Of a stretch of DNA of 64,000 nt, positions 12,572-25,564 are shown piece by piece; position 1 is the first letter of the stretch; each line of letters starts with the position of its first letter. The translations under genes were made by a program, and so were the position numbers. Source of the stretch: Octopus sinensis (Eukaryota); contig NC_043012.1 of the NCBI RefSeq assembly GCF_006345805.1, positions 6,138,001 through 6,202,000 on the forward strand, written 5' to 3'. A model generated the notes under the pieces. The model made no database searches. It worked only from the letters and a program-made list of their open reading frames with translations, and was not told where the DNA came from.

Positions 12572-12799
12572 TACTGTTTGGTTCCAGAAATTTTGTTCCC
12601 AATTTTGACCCTCCATAAATCCTAAATTTTATTTTAGAATTTATGGGAGCAACTGTCTTTGAATGCTTGAAATGAGGAGTAGATAGACAGCCGACCATTG
12701 ATGAAGGGTCCTTTCTCTGTGTTTACTTGTCCTGTTTTCCATTTTTTCTTGTTGTTTATGTATTTCATGTTATTTGCATTGTTGGTGATGTCCCATACA

Positions 12800-13781
12800 C
12801 ATATATGCATGTATATATATAAATATATATATTATATATTATTTATTATAAATAAATATATATATAAATATATATATATATATAATAATATATGTATAAT
12901 GTGCACATGCATGCACATAGACACATAAACACAAAGAATATATATTATTATTTATTATATATAAATATATATATTATGTATTATATATAAATATATATAT
13001 ATATTATGTATTATATATAAATATATATATTATTTATTATTATATATATATATATATATTATTTATTATATATAAATATATATATATAGTTGTATGTATA
13101 TAAAATATATATAGTATTTATTAGTATATATTATATATAGTTTTATTATTATAAAATATATATATATATTATTTATTATATATAAATATATATATATATT
13201 TATGATATAATATAAATATATATTATTATTAATTATATATATAATATTTTAGTTATTATATATAAATATATATATATATTATTTATATTTATATAAATAT
13301 ATATCTATATTATGTATTATATATAAATATATATATTATTTTATTATATATATATATATTATTTATTATATATAATATATATATATATTATTTATTATAT
13401 ATAACTATATATATATATTATGTATTATATATAAATAGATATATTATTTATTATATATATATATATATTATTATTTATTATAATAAATATATATATATAT
13501 TATTATATATAAATATATATATATTTTATGTATTATATATAACTATATATATTATTTATTATATATATATATTATTTAGTATATATAAATATATATATAA
13601 TTATTTTTATTATAAAATATATATATATTATGTATTATATATAAATATATATATTATTTATTATATATATATATATATATATATATTATTTATTATATAT
13701 AAATATATATATATTATTTATTATATATAAATATATATATATATTATGTATTATATATAAATATATTATATTATTTATTAA

Positions 13782-13835
<54 letters not shown>
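12800..13835. repeat. Nearly pure A/T degenerate minisatellite
   Basis: About 1 kb of tatataaatatatatatattatttat-like units with very few G or C. Confidence 0.92.
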
Positions 13836-13836
<1 letters not shown>

Positions 13837-14908
13837 CCACATGGATGCACATACAACATACGCACATATAACACATACTTGTAAGGGAAAAGAGAATGGC
13901 AATGTTTGTCAAGTGACTTGATTGAAATTTTGAGTATTGGAACAAAAATATTCACAACATGATGAACAACAAAGTGTAGCAGAACATCAAATGGCAACAT
14001 ATTCATCACCACCCCCACCCTACCAACGCTGGCACCACCACCACCACCACCACCACCACCACCACTGATACCAGTTACACCACTGCCACCACCACTAATG
14101 TTATTGTGATAACAATACCTCCACTCCCACCAGCCCCCACCACTCTCATACATCAAGACCACCACTGTAGTCTGGCAATCTCCCAGTTTCCGTTATAGAT
14201 TATAACCAGCCAAAATGCGACTGAAACTCATCCTTTATGTAAAGAACCAACCAAACAATTTTATTTGGAAATACTAGAATATATTTTTGCGCGTTTTGAT
14301 TAATATCCACCTGGAAATATTCCAGACTCCACCTACACCAAACCTCTCCACACTATGGTACCCTCTTCTATTCATCAACATCGTTTTAATGTTCTCTTTT
14401 CCATGCTGGCATGGGTTGGACAGAATTTCTTGATGTAGATTTTTTTCTATGGCTGGGTACTTTTTCTGTCCCCAACCCTTACTTGTTTTCAAGTAAGGTA
14501 CTGTTTCCCCAAGACCAGACATGTTTTACAGAAGACTGGAAGCAAAGGACACTGCTGTATGATGGTGATACTTGTTTGCAACTATCATGTCATGTCAGGA
14601 CAAGGAAATACAATCTCACACTCACACATACACACTGACACTTCATTAGTTATGATGATGAGTGTTCTAGCTGATCCAATCAACAGAACAGCCTGAACAC
14701 TCTACAGACACATATACTCTTAATGTAGTTCTCAAGGAGATTCAGAATAAACAATTGATAAAATCCAATCCATAAACATATGACTCTTTCTACTCAAGCC
14801 CTGATGAGATTCTGCCCAGTTATTATTCAAAATGCTATTTTATTCTTATCATTGGATTTATTCCAGTTTTTGAATTTGCAATTATATATTGTATTGAATT
14901 GAAATGGT

Positions 14909-15849
14909 GGAAACTACAGCCTAGAAGACGAGTCTCATCCTGCAAGATTTGTACAGATTGATGAAGATGTCCTGCAAACCCTGGTGGAACAAAATCTCAT
15001 TGTGACTTTTGAGGAAATAGCAGAGAAGCTTGGATTTGATCATTCAACCATTCATCGACATCAGTGTGTCATCAGAAAAGTCAGCAAATTGGATCAATGG
15101 ATTCCTCATAAACTTTCCGAGTATAATTGCATGCAGAGAGTGAATGTGTGCTCTTCTTTGCTGTCTCGTCTCATGAATGACATTTTTTGGACCAAATAGT
15201 GACTTGTGATGAGAACTGGGTTCTCTATAAAAATGTCAGGCACGAAAGACAGTTGGTAGTGAAAGGAGAAACACCGGCACCCCAGGTTAAAGAAGGTTTT
15301 CACCTATGCAAGGTGTCGTTATCTATTTGGTAGGATATGAAAGGTTTGGTCCACTTTGAACCTTTAAAGCCAAACCAAACGATAAGAAAGGAGATCTGCT
15401 TGGGCAGCTCAGTCAGTACTAGAAAAAAAATCGACCATCTTTGGTTTCAAGATGAAAGATGTTCTTCCATCAGGATAGTGCTCAGCCACATACAGGGAAG
15501 AGGACATTTCAAAGGCTGGAGCAGTTTGAGTGGGAAATGATGCCCCACTCATCATATTCTCCAGGCATTGCCCCATCTGATTATCATATATTCCGCAGTC
15601 TTCAAAATCATTTGGAGGGAAAAAATATGAATTCTGTAGATGAGGTCAGAACAGTACTGGAGGAGTAGTTTTTTTTTAATTATAGACAAGCGAACTTTGG
15701 AAGAGGGGCCTTGCAAGTCCACTAGATAGATGGAAGAGTATTGTAGAAAATGAAGGAGAGAATATTTTAGATGAAAACAGAACTTTGTTTATCTTAATTT
15801 TGAAAAATAAAAGTATTAAAAAAACCGCATCATTTATGGGATGACCCAA
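14909..15849 (+). mobile_element. Mariner (DD34D) relic B, 5'-truncated and frameshifted
   Basis: WIPHKL (WVPHEL-like), VTCDENW, FHQDSA, YSPGIAPSDYHIF motifs; 3' TIR gggatgacccaa|TA. Confidence 0.92.
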
Positions 15850-15892
15850 TATATATGTTTACATACATACATACATACATATATATATATAC

Positions 15893-15922
15893 AAAAACTG
15901 CATTATTTATGGGATGACCCAA
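15893..15922 (+). mobile_element. Solo mariner TIR
   Basis: aaaaactgcattatttatgggatgacccaa|TA, a second right-end TIR 73 bp downstream of relic B's end. Confidence 0.85.
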
Positions 15923-16183
15923 TATAAGATATCTTCAAGACTTTGGACTGTGGAGCTATAGTTTAATACTCTTGCCTAATCTGCAGCACACTAGGACTGA
16001 ACCTGAAACCATGTGACTGGGAATTAGAATTTTTAAATGCTACTTTAATAATCATGTACATGTACAAAGGCTGGGATTGATCTCATAAATCTTTGTTTCA
16101 AATAAAGCTTTGATGTCCATTACCACTAAATTACAAAACAGAAATGAGGAGGTGAAGCTTGAACAGTTATTCTATCAGAGTGA

Positions 16184-16220
<37 letters not shown>

Positions 16221-16461
16221 TATATAAATACTCATGGACTCTATTGTAACTAAATACTTGATCCTGTTGGCTGGTCTTCTATCATTCAATGAACAGTTAA
16301 CTCTCTCTCTCTCTCTGTCCCCTCACACACACACACAATATGTATGTTCTAATATGTCTAAGAGTAGAATTTGATCCTGGAACTAGCTCCACAGTGCAAG
16401 GTCTTTTCACATCCAAGTGCATTCAGACATGTTGAGTATGACTTTACACAAATATATATGC

Positions 16462-16492
<31 letters not shown>

Positions 16493-16670
16493 AATATAAA
16501 TATAAATACATACACATGCATTTGTATATATATATATATACAAATATTTATATAATATAATGTAATATCATCATCATCATCATCATCATCATTTAACGTC
16601 TGCTTTCCATGCTAGCATGGGTTGGACGGTTCAACTGGGGTCTGAGGAGCCCGAAGGCCGCACCAGGCCA

Positions 16671-16705
<35 letters not shown>

Positions 16706-16808
16706 TTTACATATATACACACATCCAAAACCTATTGTTCTTACACTCTCAGCTGAATTCTTGGTGAAGGAAACTGAACTAGTTTTGTAAGAGCAAATAT
16801 TTTAATTA

Positions 16809-16858
<50 letters not shown>

Positions 16859-17060
16859 ATCATCATCATCAGTGTTTCAGTATTGCTTTACATTCACTTT
16901 CCATGGTGGTATGGGCTGGACGGTTTACTAGGAGGTGACCAGCTAAGGGGCTGTTCAGGCTCCCTGTCTGTTTTGGCATGGTCTCTACAGCTGGATGCCC
17001 TTCCTACATATTTATATTTATATCTATCTATCTATCTATCTGTCTGTCTATCTAATAATG

Positions 17061-17098
<38 letters not shown>

Positions 17099-17340
17099 TT
17101 TGGACAAATAAGTATAAGTCAATTAGTATGTTTAAATGTTGAGCAGAGCACTGCCCCCCACACCTGTTGTTGTCCGCAGTTGTCTTTTTATATAAATTGG
17201 AATGCGGGATTTCCATATTCATATTTGAATTGTTTTGTGTTTCTATCATATTATTTGCTTTTATTTGTCCCCTGACATGAGGGGCCTATAACAACAAGCC
17301 AGCCAACACTAAAAATCTCTAGTGAGACTTCTTTATCAAT

Positions 17341-17385
17341 GCACCTGAAGAGACCCAGGTTGATGAGTCGGAACATATGTTATAC
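17341..17385 (+). ncRNA. Decayed type-I hammerhead-like motif (Penelope-type)
   Basis: CTGAAGA-gac..gtc-GGAA-CATATG-TT; GAAA altered and stem I broken. Confidence 0.45.
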
Positions 17386-17687
17386 CTAATGAAAGTCTAA
17401 TATGAAATACATCTCCTACTATTAATTAATACTTCTTCACTCCTACTCTCCTTTGCTCTTCTCTTCACTCCTACCCACTTTCTCCTTCCTCCCTTCATTG
17501 TCACCCCTCCCTCATAAGCCCACCTCACCCCCACACATTTCAACCCCACCTTCCCTATCCTAACCCACACCCTTGCTTTCCCCACTCCTGCCTCCCAATA
17601 CCACCACACCACACCACACACCACATCACAACACACCACCATGCACACATCAGCACTGACCACTTCCCCGACCCACATTTTCACACC

Positions 17688-17731
<44 letters not shown>

Positions 17732-17844
17732 AAAATCACCAGCCCTCTTTCAAATGTACATACAAACTCTCTTATACACACACGCATGCGCACCTTCGTT
17801 TTGGGATTACCACCACTTTATTATCTCCCCTTCTCCCTAGCTCT

Positions 17845-18075
17845 CCTGTCTGATCCCTCTGTCCAGCATTTGCCATGATAGATCGCTAGCCACTCCACTA
17901 CACAGTCTTTATTTTCTCTCCTTGTTTCTTTCTGTGTTCCTTTCTGTGGAAGAGCGTAGGCTCGAAACGTTAAAGACTTTTTCACTTCCCGAGCGTTATA
18001 CTAATACATCTGTTTGTTGTCTACACCACCTGTCTTTGTCTTTTGTTCTTTTTGGGAATTCTCCCCCTATACATA
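17845..18075 (+). mobile_element. Penelope-like terminal-repeat fragment with hammerhead-like motif at 17940-17975
   Basis: cttt-CTGTGGA-a-gagc gtag gctc-GAA-acgt-t-aaag; family copies near 27.5, 40.3 and 48.3 kb. Confidence 0.65.
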
Positions 18076-18736
18076 TATATATATATTCCTACAAAAACAT
18101 GCACACACAAACATAAATTCAGAAATTTCACAGGATAAAAAATACAAAAAGTAGAAAGAGAAAAGTCATTTTAAGAATATAAGAAAAACTCTTGAGAAAT
18201 TCTCTGTTTCTGACTCTTTCTCTCACCCTTTCTCTTTCTCCATGTCTCTCATCCTTCCACTCTTTCTCCATGTCTCTCATCCTTCCACTCTTTCTTCCCC
18301 CCCCTCTCTCCCTCACACTGTCTCCCTTTCTCACATTTCCCTCTTAATTACGAACCACAGTAATAAAAACTGATTAACAATAACTGAAATTTACTATTGT
18401 AAATTATTTAGGTAAGTCTTGGTCTGTTAGTCCATCGTAGAAGGTCATCATTGCAGCTGGTGGTTGAATAAAGAAAACAAGAACCACAAAATCATTCTAG
18501 AACAAAAGATAATTATAAAACAAAACAAAACAAAAATTAAATGAAAAATCTGTAAAAAAATGCTTATTTTAATTCACAAATTAGTGTTTGTGCAAAGAAT
18601 GTATTAAAAGCAGCACTTCTTAACTTATACTTGCACTTAAAACTATTCATTATTTGTAAATAAATTCTTATTATTATCACCATTATTATTATATTATTAT
18701 TATTATTATATTATATTATTATTATTATTATTATTT

Positions 18737-19262
18737 AGTGAGTGAGAGAGCAGTGCATGCAATCGAAGTGACACTGGGGTAAAATATACGGAGTATACCC
18801 ATCATGACTACCCGTCTGGTATGGGTACACCAGGCACATGCATCACAACCATATGTGCATGGCATAGTGATCTTGTATCAAGATAAACAGCACATGACCT
18901 TGCAGGTGGGGCCCAGTTGGAATTTTCTTCTGGTCGAGTAACCCATCCCGCTCAAAAGGTCCCTGAATAAGGGTTGTTTAAGGATGTTGAACGAAACACC
19001 TGTGTTTCCAGAGGTGAATTATTCAAACCCCAAAGAATCCCTCTCAATACACGGCTATGATGCTCCCCCACTACTTCTGCTCGTGATCAGAGATGCACAT
19101 ATCGTCAGCCACTAAGGGACATAATCAACTGGTTATGGTCAAACAACTGACAAGCAAATCTGTGGTACTAAGCAGAATATTTGCTGTAGCCCATCTTTCA
19201 TCCCAAGTCAAAGCAATGTACATGTTAACACTTCCAATCAGTTAAGATCAGAAGCCACGAGA
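18737..19262 (-). mobile_element. Non-coding interspersed repeat, probably a LINE/SINE 3' region, embedded in (TAA)n
   Basis: Complex GC-richer block with sharp (ATT)n boundaries on both sides; family identity from recall only. Confidence 0.5.
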
Positions 19263-19314
19263 TTATTATTATTATTATTCTTCTTCTTCTTCTTCTTATT
19301 ATTATTATTATTAA

Positions 19315-19645
19315 GGTGGCCAGCTGGCAGAATTGTTAGCATGCCAAGGCAAAAAGCTTAGTGGCATTTCGTCCATCTTCATGTCCTAAGTTCAAATTCT
19401 GCCAAGATCAACTTTGCCTTTTATCCTTTCAGGGTCAGTAAATTAGGCACTAGTGAAGTACTGAGATCGAAATAATCGATTATATCCCCCTCCCCTCAAA
19501 TCCCAGGCCTTGTGCTTATAATAGAAAGGATTATTATTATGATTCTTCTTCTTCTTCTTCTTCTTCTTCTTCTTCTTCTTCTTCTTCTTCTTCTCTTCTT
19601 CTTCTTCTTCTTCTTCTTTTCTCTTCTCTTCTTCTTCTCTTCTTC

Positions 19646-19683
<38 letters not shown>

Positions 19684-19904
19684 TTAAGGCAGTGAGCTGG
19701 CAGAATTGTAAGCCTGCCTGGCAAAATGCTTAGCAGCATTTCATCTGTCTTTACGTTCTGAGTTCAAATTCTGCTGGGGTTGACTTTGTCTTTCATCCTT
19801 TCAGAGCTGATAAATTAAGTACCAGTAAAACACTGGGGTCAATATAATCGACTGGTTCCCCCACCCCACCTAAAATTTCAGGCCTTATGTCTATAGTAGA
19901 AAGG

Positions 19905-19905
<1 letters not shown>
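19315..19905 (+). mobile_element. Two tandem SINE family A copies (19315-19531, 19688-19905) separated by (ATT)n/(CTT)n
   Basis: Both end ggccttgtgc..atagtagaaaggattattatt. Confidence 0.85.
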
Positions 19906-19956
<51 letters not shown>

Positions 19957-19973
19957 ATTATTATTATTGTTAG

Positions 19974-20530
19974 TCAGTAGTCTTATTTTTATCCCATGCT
20001 TTCACTGCATTACCAAGCACAGCTCTGTCTGCCTTGGGTATGTGCTGCTCTTATTTTTACTGTTTTGAAAGTGTTCTGCGTAGGATGTGTGCAGTGCCTA
20101 GTAGTGCAATTTTCTGTATGTTATATGTGTTTGTAAGTCCTGGTGTTTTTGTTATGTATTTGTCTGAATATTTTTTTTATCATACCTAATGCACCTACTA
20201 TGATAGGAATTGTTTCTGTTTTTAGGCTCCACATTCGAGTTACCTCTATTTCCAGATCTGTTGATATTGATAAATCGATTAGAAAGCATTTTTTCTTGGT
20301 GTTCTCTGACAACTATATCTGGCCTATTGGCTTTAATTTCTCTATCAGTGTGTATTGATATATCCCAGAGTATGCTTGCTTTCTTATTTTCTATGACCTT
20401 TCCTGAGGTGTGCCTATACTATCTTTTTTTTTGTTGTTATTCCATAGTGTTGGCAGATCTTCTAGTGTATATAGGTTCCAACTCTGTCATGTCTGTGAAT
20501 ATATTCCTTCATAGCCAGGATTGGGCAGCT
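19974..20530 (-). mobile_element. R4/Dong-like LINE 3' fragment 1 (restriction-like endonuclease region)
   Basis: SCPILAMKEYIHRHDRVGTYIH, RPDIVV, CFLID, EIEVTRMWSLKTETIPIIVGALG and QKIALLGTAHILR motifs, with frameshifts. Confidence 0.85.
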
Positions 20531-20622
20531 TATTATTATTATATTATATTATTATTATTATTATATTATTATATTATTATTATTATATTATTATTATTAT
20601 TATTATATTTTATTATTATTAT

Positions 20623-21089
20623 TCAGTAGTTTTATTTTTTAAAATGTGCTTTCACTTCCTACCGAGCGCAGCTCTGTGTGCCTTGGGTATGTGCTGTGAT
20701 TTGTTGTGATGCTCTGATGGTTATTGTATGGAAGTGTTTGCGTAGGATGTGTGCAGTGCCTAGTAGTGCAATTTTCTGTATGTTATATGTGTTTGTAAGT
20801 CCTAGTGTTTTTGTTATGTATTTGTCTGAATATTTTTTTTTATCATGCCTAATGCACCTACTATGATAGGAATTGTTTCTGTTTTTTAGATTCACATTCT
20901 GGTTACCTCTATTTCCAGGTCTTTGTATTTTTGAAAGTTTCTCCATTTCTTTTAGAGACACGTTGTCATCTGCTGTATTGATATATCAATTAGAAAGCAT
21001 TTTTTTTCTTCATGATCTCTGACACTATATCTGGTCTGTGGCCTTATTTCTCTGTCTGTGTGTATCGGCATATCGCAGAGTATGGTTGC

Positions 21090-21090
<1 letters not shown>
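20623..21090 (-). mobile_element. R4/Dong-like LINE 3' fragment 2
   Basis: Same family: SLKEMEKLSK, IPIIVGALGM, QKIALLGTAHILRK; same 3' end (ctactga then TAA repeats). Confidence 0.85.
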
Positions 21091-21129
<39 letters not shown>

Positions 21130-21968
21130 CATCATTTATTATTATTATTATTATTATCGCAGTAGCTTGGTAAACTCATAAGAGTAGTATTTGTTTTGGC
21201 TCTTTTTTGTTCTGAGTTCAAATTCTGTCAAATATATAAGGGCGGGTGGAGGGGGCATATGGATTTTTGTGTATATCTGTGTTTGTGTTTGTCGCCCCAT
21301 CACAGCTTAACAACCAGTGTTGGTTTGTTTACATCCACAAGACTTAGCAGGGATCAACAAAATATATATCAGACTCAAAATAAGTACTGAGATTGATTCG
21401 TATGGCTAAACCATTGAAAGCAATGCCCTAGCATGGCCACAGTCTAATGACTGACACAAATAAGAGGTCAAAAAATAAATAAATAAAATAAACAGAAGGT
21501 AATTATATAAGTAAAGCAAAGACAAATGATGAAAACTAAAAACAAAAAATATAACAAAAAAAATGAATCCCAAAAAAGGAAATTCTTGTGTTTGAATGGG
21601 TGGAGAGGTGGGTGGGGTAGGAGAAAGCAGGGTTGAGATATTCTGTGTCAGTGGAAAGGTTGGTTTTTAGCTGAAGGTGGTTGGGTTTGGGGCTTGATTG
21701 TCTTTGGTGTTGTTGTTGTTGTTGAGATGACTGAATAATCTAAATTAGGTTAACTGTGTGTGTGTGAATGTGTGTATGTGTGAATGTGTGTATGTGTGTG
21801 TATATATATATATAAATATATATATATAGATAGATAGATATATATGTCTCTGTGTAGTGTGTTTGTGTGTGTGATGTATGTAGGTGTATATATATACATA
21901 TACATACATATAATTATATGTGCTACATATTATATATATAATGTTATATATATATATTATAATATATA

Positions 21969-22000
<32 letters not shown>

Positions 22001-22008
<8 letters not shown>

Positions 22009-22357
22009 ATTGGTGAATTGAGAATGGAGCTGAACGGATTGAACATAAATCGTTTTATTTCATTCTACCGTGTTTCGAAAGGCACAAATTCTTCAGCCCG
22101 GTTCTCAACATACACTGATAAACAGTTTCGCCATGGGCTCTTAGGAGCACAGTTTCGATTTGTTTTTACTCTGCCTCTGTTTCTGTTTTTGTTTTTCCAA
22201 CGGATTTCCTTTTTCTTCCTTATGAGAAAGACACAATATGGTCCCATTATTCAATCGGATTTGGTAATTTGTGCCTTTCGAAACCGTGTAGAATGAAATA
22301 AAACGATTTCTGTTCAATCTGCGTTCAGCTCCATTTCTTCATCACCAATATGTTTTA
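22001..22357. mobile_element. Fold-back element (about 90 bp arms) with hammerhead-like motif at 22216-22293 (+)
   Basis: Arms 22001-22090 and 22266-22357 are reverse complements; ttc-CTTATGA-gaaag..ctttc-GAAA-ccgtgt-a-gaa. Confidence 0.7.
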
Positions 22358-22779
22358 ATTTCAATTCAAGCCGCACCAACGCACGGTTTGCAACGCCAGA
22401 TGTGTACCTCCACCGTGCTGTTCACTGCTTTGTGAAGTTTTGCTACTAAGGTACGGTTAAACTTTTGATTAATCGACTACCAAGATTATTCATCTTCTAT
22501 TTCACTAAATTATATATATATATATATATAAACACATATTTACATATATTGTGTGTATTTATATGAATATACATATATGAATTGTTATGTGTATATACAC
22601 ACATACCATACACACATGTATATATATATATTATATATATATATATATATATATCTATTATATATATATATATAATAGATATATATAGAGAGAGAGGTGG
22701 GTGAGAGTTAGGAAATGTAAACAGCAAAGTAATGGCACCAGTTTTGAAACATAGAGAGAAATGTAAAAAGTTATGAAGG

Positions 22780-23035
22780 AAGGAAGAAAGGAAGGAAGGA
22801 AGGAATGAAAGAAGAAAAGAGAAACCAAAAATACAGTGAAGGAATGAGAAGGAAAGGAAATGAAAAAGCAGAGCTTGAAAGAAAATATATGAGAAGGAAG
22901 AAAAGAAGGGTGAAAGAAAGAATTAAGGAAAGAAAGAATGAAAAGAAGGAAATAAGAAATGACAAAAGTAAGAAAGAAAGAAAGAAAGAAAGGAAGGGTG
23001 AAGTAGGGAAGAAAGAAAAAAGAAGGAAAGGAATG
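22780..23035. repeat. Polypurine (GAAA/GGAA) tract
   Basis: Direct reading. Confidence 0.9.
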
Positions 23036-24911
23036 TGTAGTTATCCAAATATAGCTTCTACCTATAGGTTACTAAGCAGTATCGTGTGTGTGTGTGAGAG
23101 AGAGAGAGTTACTACTTAGGAAACTGTGAACATGGATGTGTGTGTGAATAGGTATATGACTAAATAAATATATATATATATATATATGAATGTGTAAGTA
23201 TGAATGCATGTGAACGTATGTGTGGGTACGTGTGCTTGAATGATGTATATGTAAATGTGTATGTGAATATATAAGACTTAATATATGTGACTGTAGATGT
23301 GCATGTGTATGTGTGTATGACGCTTGGTTAGTTTGGAATTTATATGAAGCCTTCAGTGTTTGCATTGAATCAATCAAAGGATTTCTATTATTGGTTTGTC
23401 AGAATACTTAAGACCTTTTGTAGGAAATCCCAGACTTGTAGACCCTCCCAGATTCATGTGCATGATCTTCACTTTGAACACTTGTAGATTATTCATACAC
23501 ACAGGCCAACACACACACACACATGTGTGTGTGTGTCTATGGTTAAGAAACATCCTTTCCAACACATCGCTTCAGGTTCACTCTCACTACATGGCACCAT
23601 GAGCAAATGTCTTCTACCATAGCTGTGGGCCGAAGCATTTTAAGAATTCTAAATGGGATTGGTTGACAGGAACTGAAAGAAGTCCATTGAAGGCTCAAAG
23701 CATCCAAGACTTCTTCCATTCTTCCATAGAGTCAAACTAATACACCTTGCTTGTTGTCGCCTCACCTCTAACTGTCTCATATTTTGTAGGTTTGAACCAT
23801 ATCATCATCATCATCATCATCATTTAATGTCCGTTTTCCATGCTGGCATGGGTTGGATAGTTTGACAGAAGCTGACCATCTGAAGGGCTGTTCAAACTCC
23901 ATGTCTGTTTTGGCAAGGTTTCTATGGCTGGATGCTCTTCCTAATGCCAAATAAATGGACAGGACATCGTAATCTCCACCATATCCGCACATATATTTAT
24001 ATCATCATTGTCATACACACACACACACACAAGCACACAAGCACACGCACACACACAACCTCATGCATGAACATGTGCGTGCACACACACACATACACAC
24101 ACACACATACACACACGCATCTATGAAATAACTACAAAGTATCAATACCTGTCATTCCCGTTCACTTCTGTGGTGAATAGTTTCAACTGGTTTAGAGGTA
24201 TACTTTATTTTGTAAGCCTCTGTCTTTCAGAGGACCTTCCCTGGGTGAAGCACCATTTAACAATACAAGCATTATTGTTGGAGGTTGATTAGCACAACCA
24301 ATCAGTGGCTGCTATGAAAAAGGTGGTGGAATGCAAAAGGGCCAGGGGATTAGTTTAAGAGTTATGTCCCTTGGTTGAGTATGCTATGAAGCTGGTAAGA
24401 GTTATCTTGAAGTGGGGAAAGTGTGTATTATTAATGTGATGCTCCTGTGGGGATGGGGTATGTGGTATGTGTAGTGGTGTCATATGTATACACAAACACA
24501 CACACACACACACACACACACATATGTATATATGCTTATATACTTAATAGAGAGCAGTCACTATATTCCCTTCCATATCAGCTAACCCTGATGAGCATAA
24601 GGTTATATAATCGGATTGTTACCTAACACTCCATTGTATTCCTAGCATGAAACTGATTAGTAAAATCAGCCATGATGGATATATAATACTGTACATTTCA
24701 GGTAATGTATACTTATATATATATATATATACTTACAAGTAGAAAGAATAGCCATAACTCTTTGACTGCTATTTCTAATTTCGGTGTGTGTGAGGCAAAT
24801 TGTTGCTAAATCCTTAATTACTTAGTATATATATATATATTATATATATATATATATTATATATAAATATATACACGCACACTATTTATACATACATATA
24901 TGCACACATAG

Positions 24912-25480
24912 GCACAGCATTGCTGCATGGTAAGTTTGCTTCCCAACCACATGGCTCTGGGTTCAGTCCCACTGTGTGCCACCCTGGGTAAGTGCCTTTT
25001 ACTATAGCCTCAGGCTGATCAAAACCTTGTGAGTGGATTTGGTAGATGGGAACTAGAAGATGTCCATTTGTCTGTTTGGCATGGTTTCTAGGGCTGGATG
25101 CCTGCCCTTCTTATAACCAACTACTTTGCAGAATATACCACATACTTTTATGTGGAACTGGCACAAGTGTTTTTATGTGGCACCAGCATGGGTGCTTTTT
25201 GTGGCACAAACATGGGTACATGGGTATGAGGCACCAGCACTCACGAGCCCACAAGACTGGGACCTCTCATCTGAGAGAGGGATCTAAAGGACATGCTGTA
25301 CACATGGACAGCCATGATTTTAATATAGCTTGTCATACTTTCTCAAGCAGAGCAAACTAGCAGAAGTTTCAGTCCCTTGTCATCTCCTTTATGAGGCCCA
25401 ACATCTGAAGATCTTACCCCACCACTTCATCCTATCCCTCCCATACATTCTGTCCAGAATTACAGAGTGACATGTCATAG

Positions 25481-25564
<84 letters not shown>

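Noticed and set aside
22090-22096. CTGAAGA on the minus strand next to the left arm of the 22 kb fold-back
   Set aside because: It is followed by only the 3' strand of stem II and has no matching stem I, so it cannot form the fold.
24588-24594. CTGATGA as a further hammerhead core
   Set aside because: No stem II closure or GAAA-stem III downstream.
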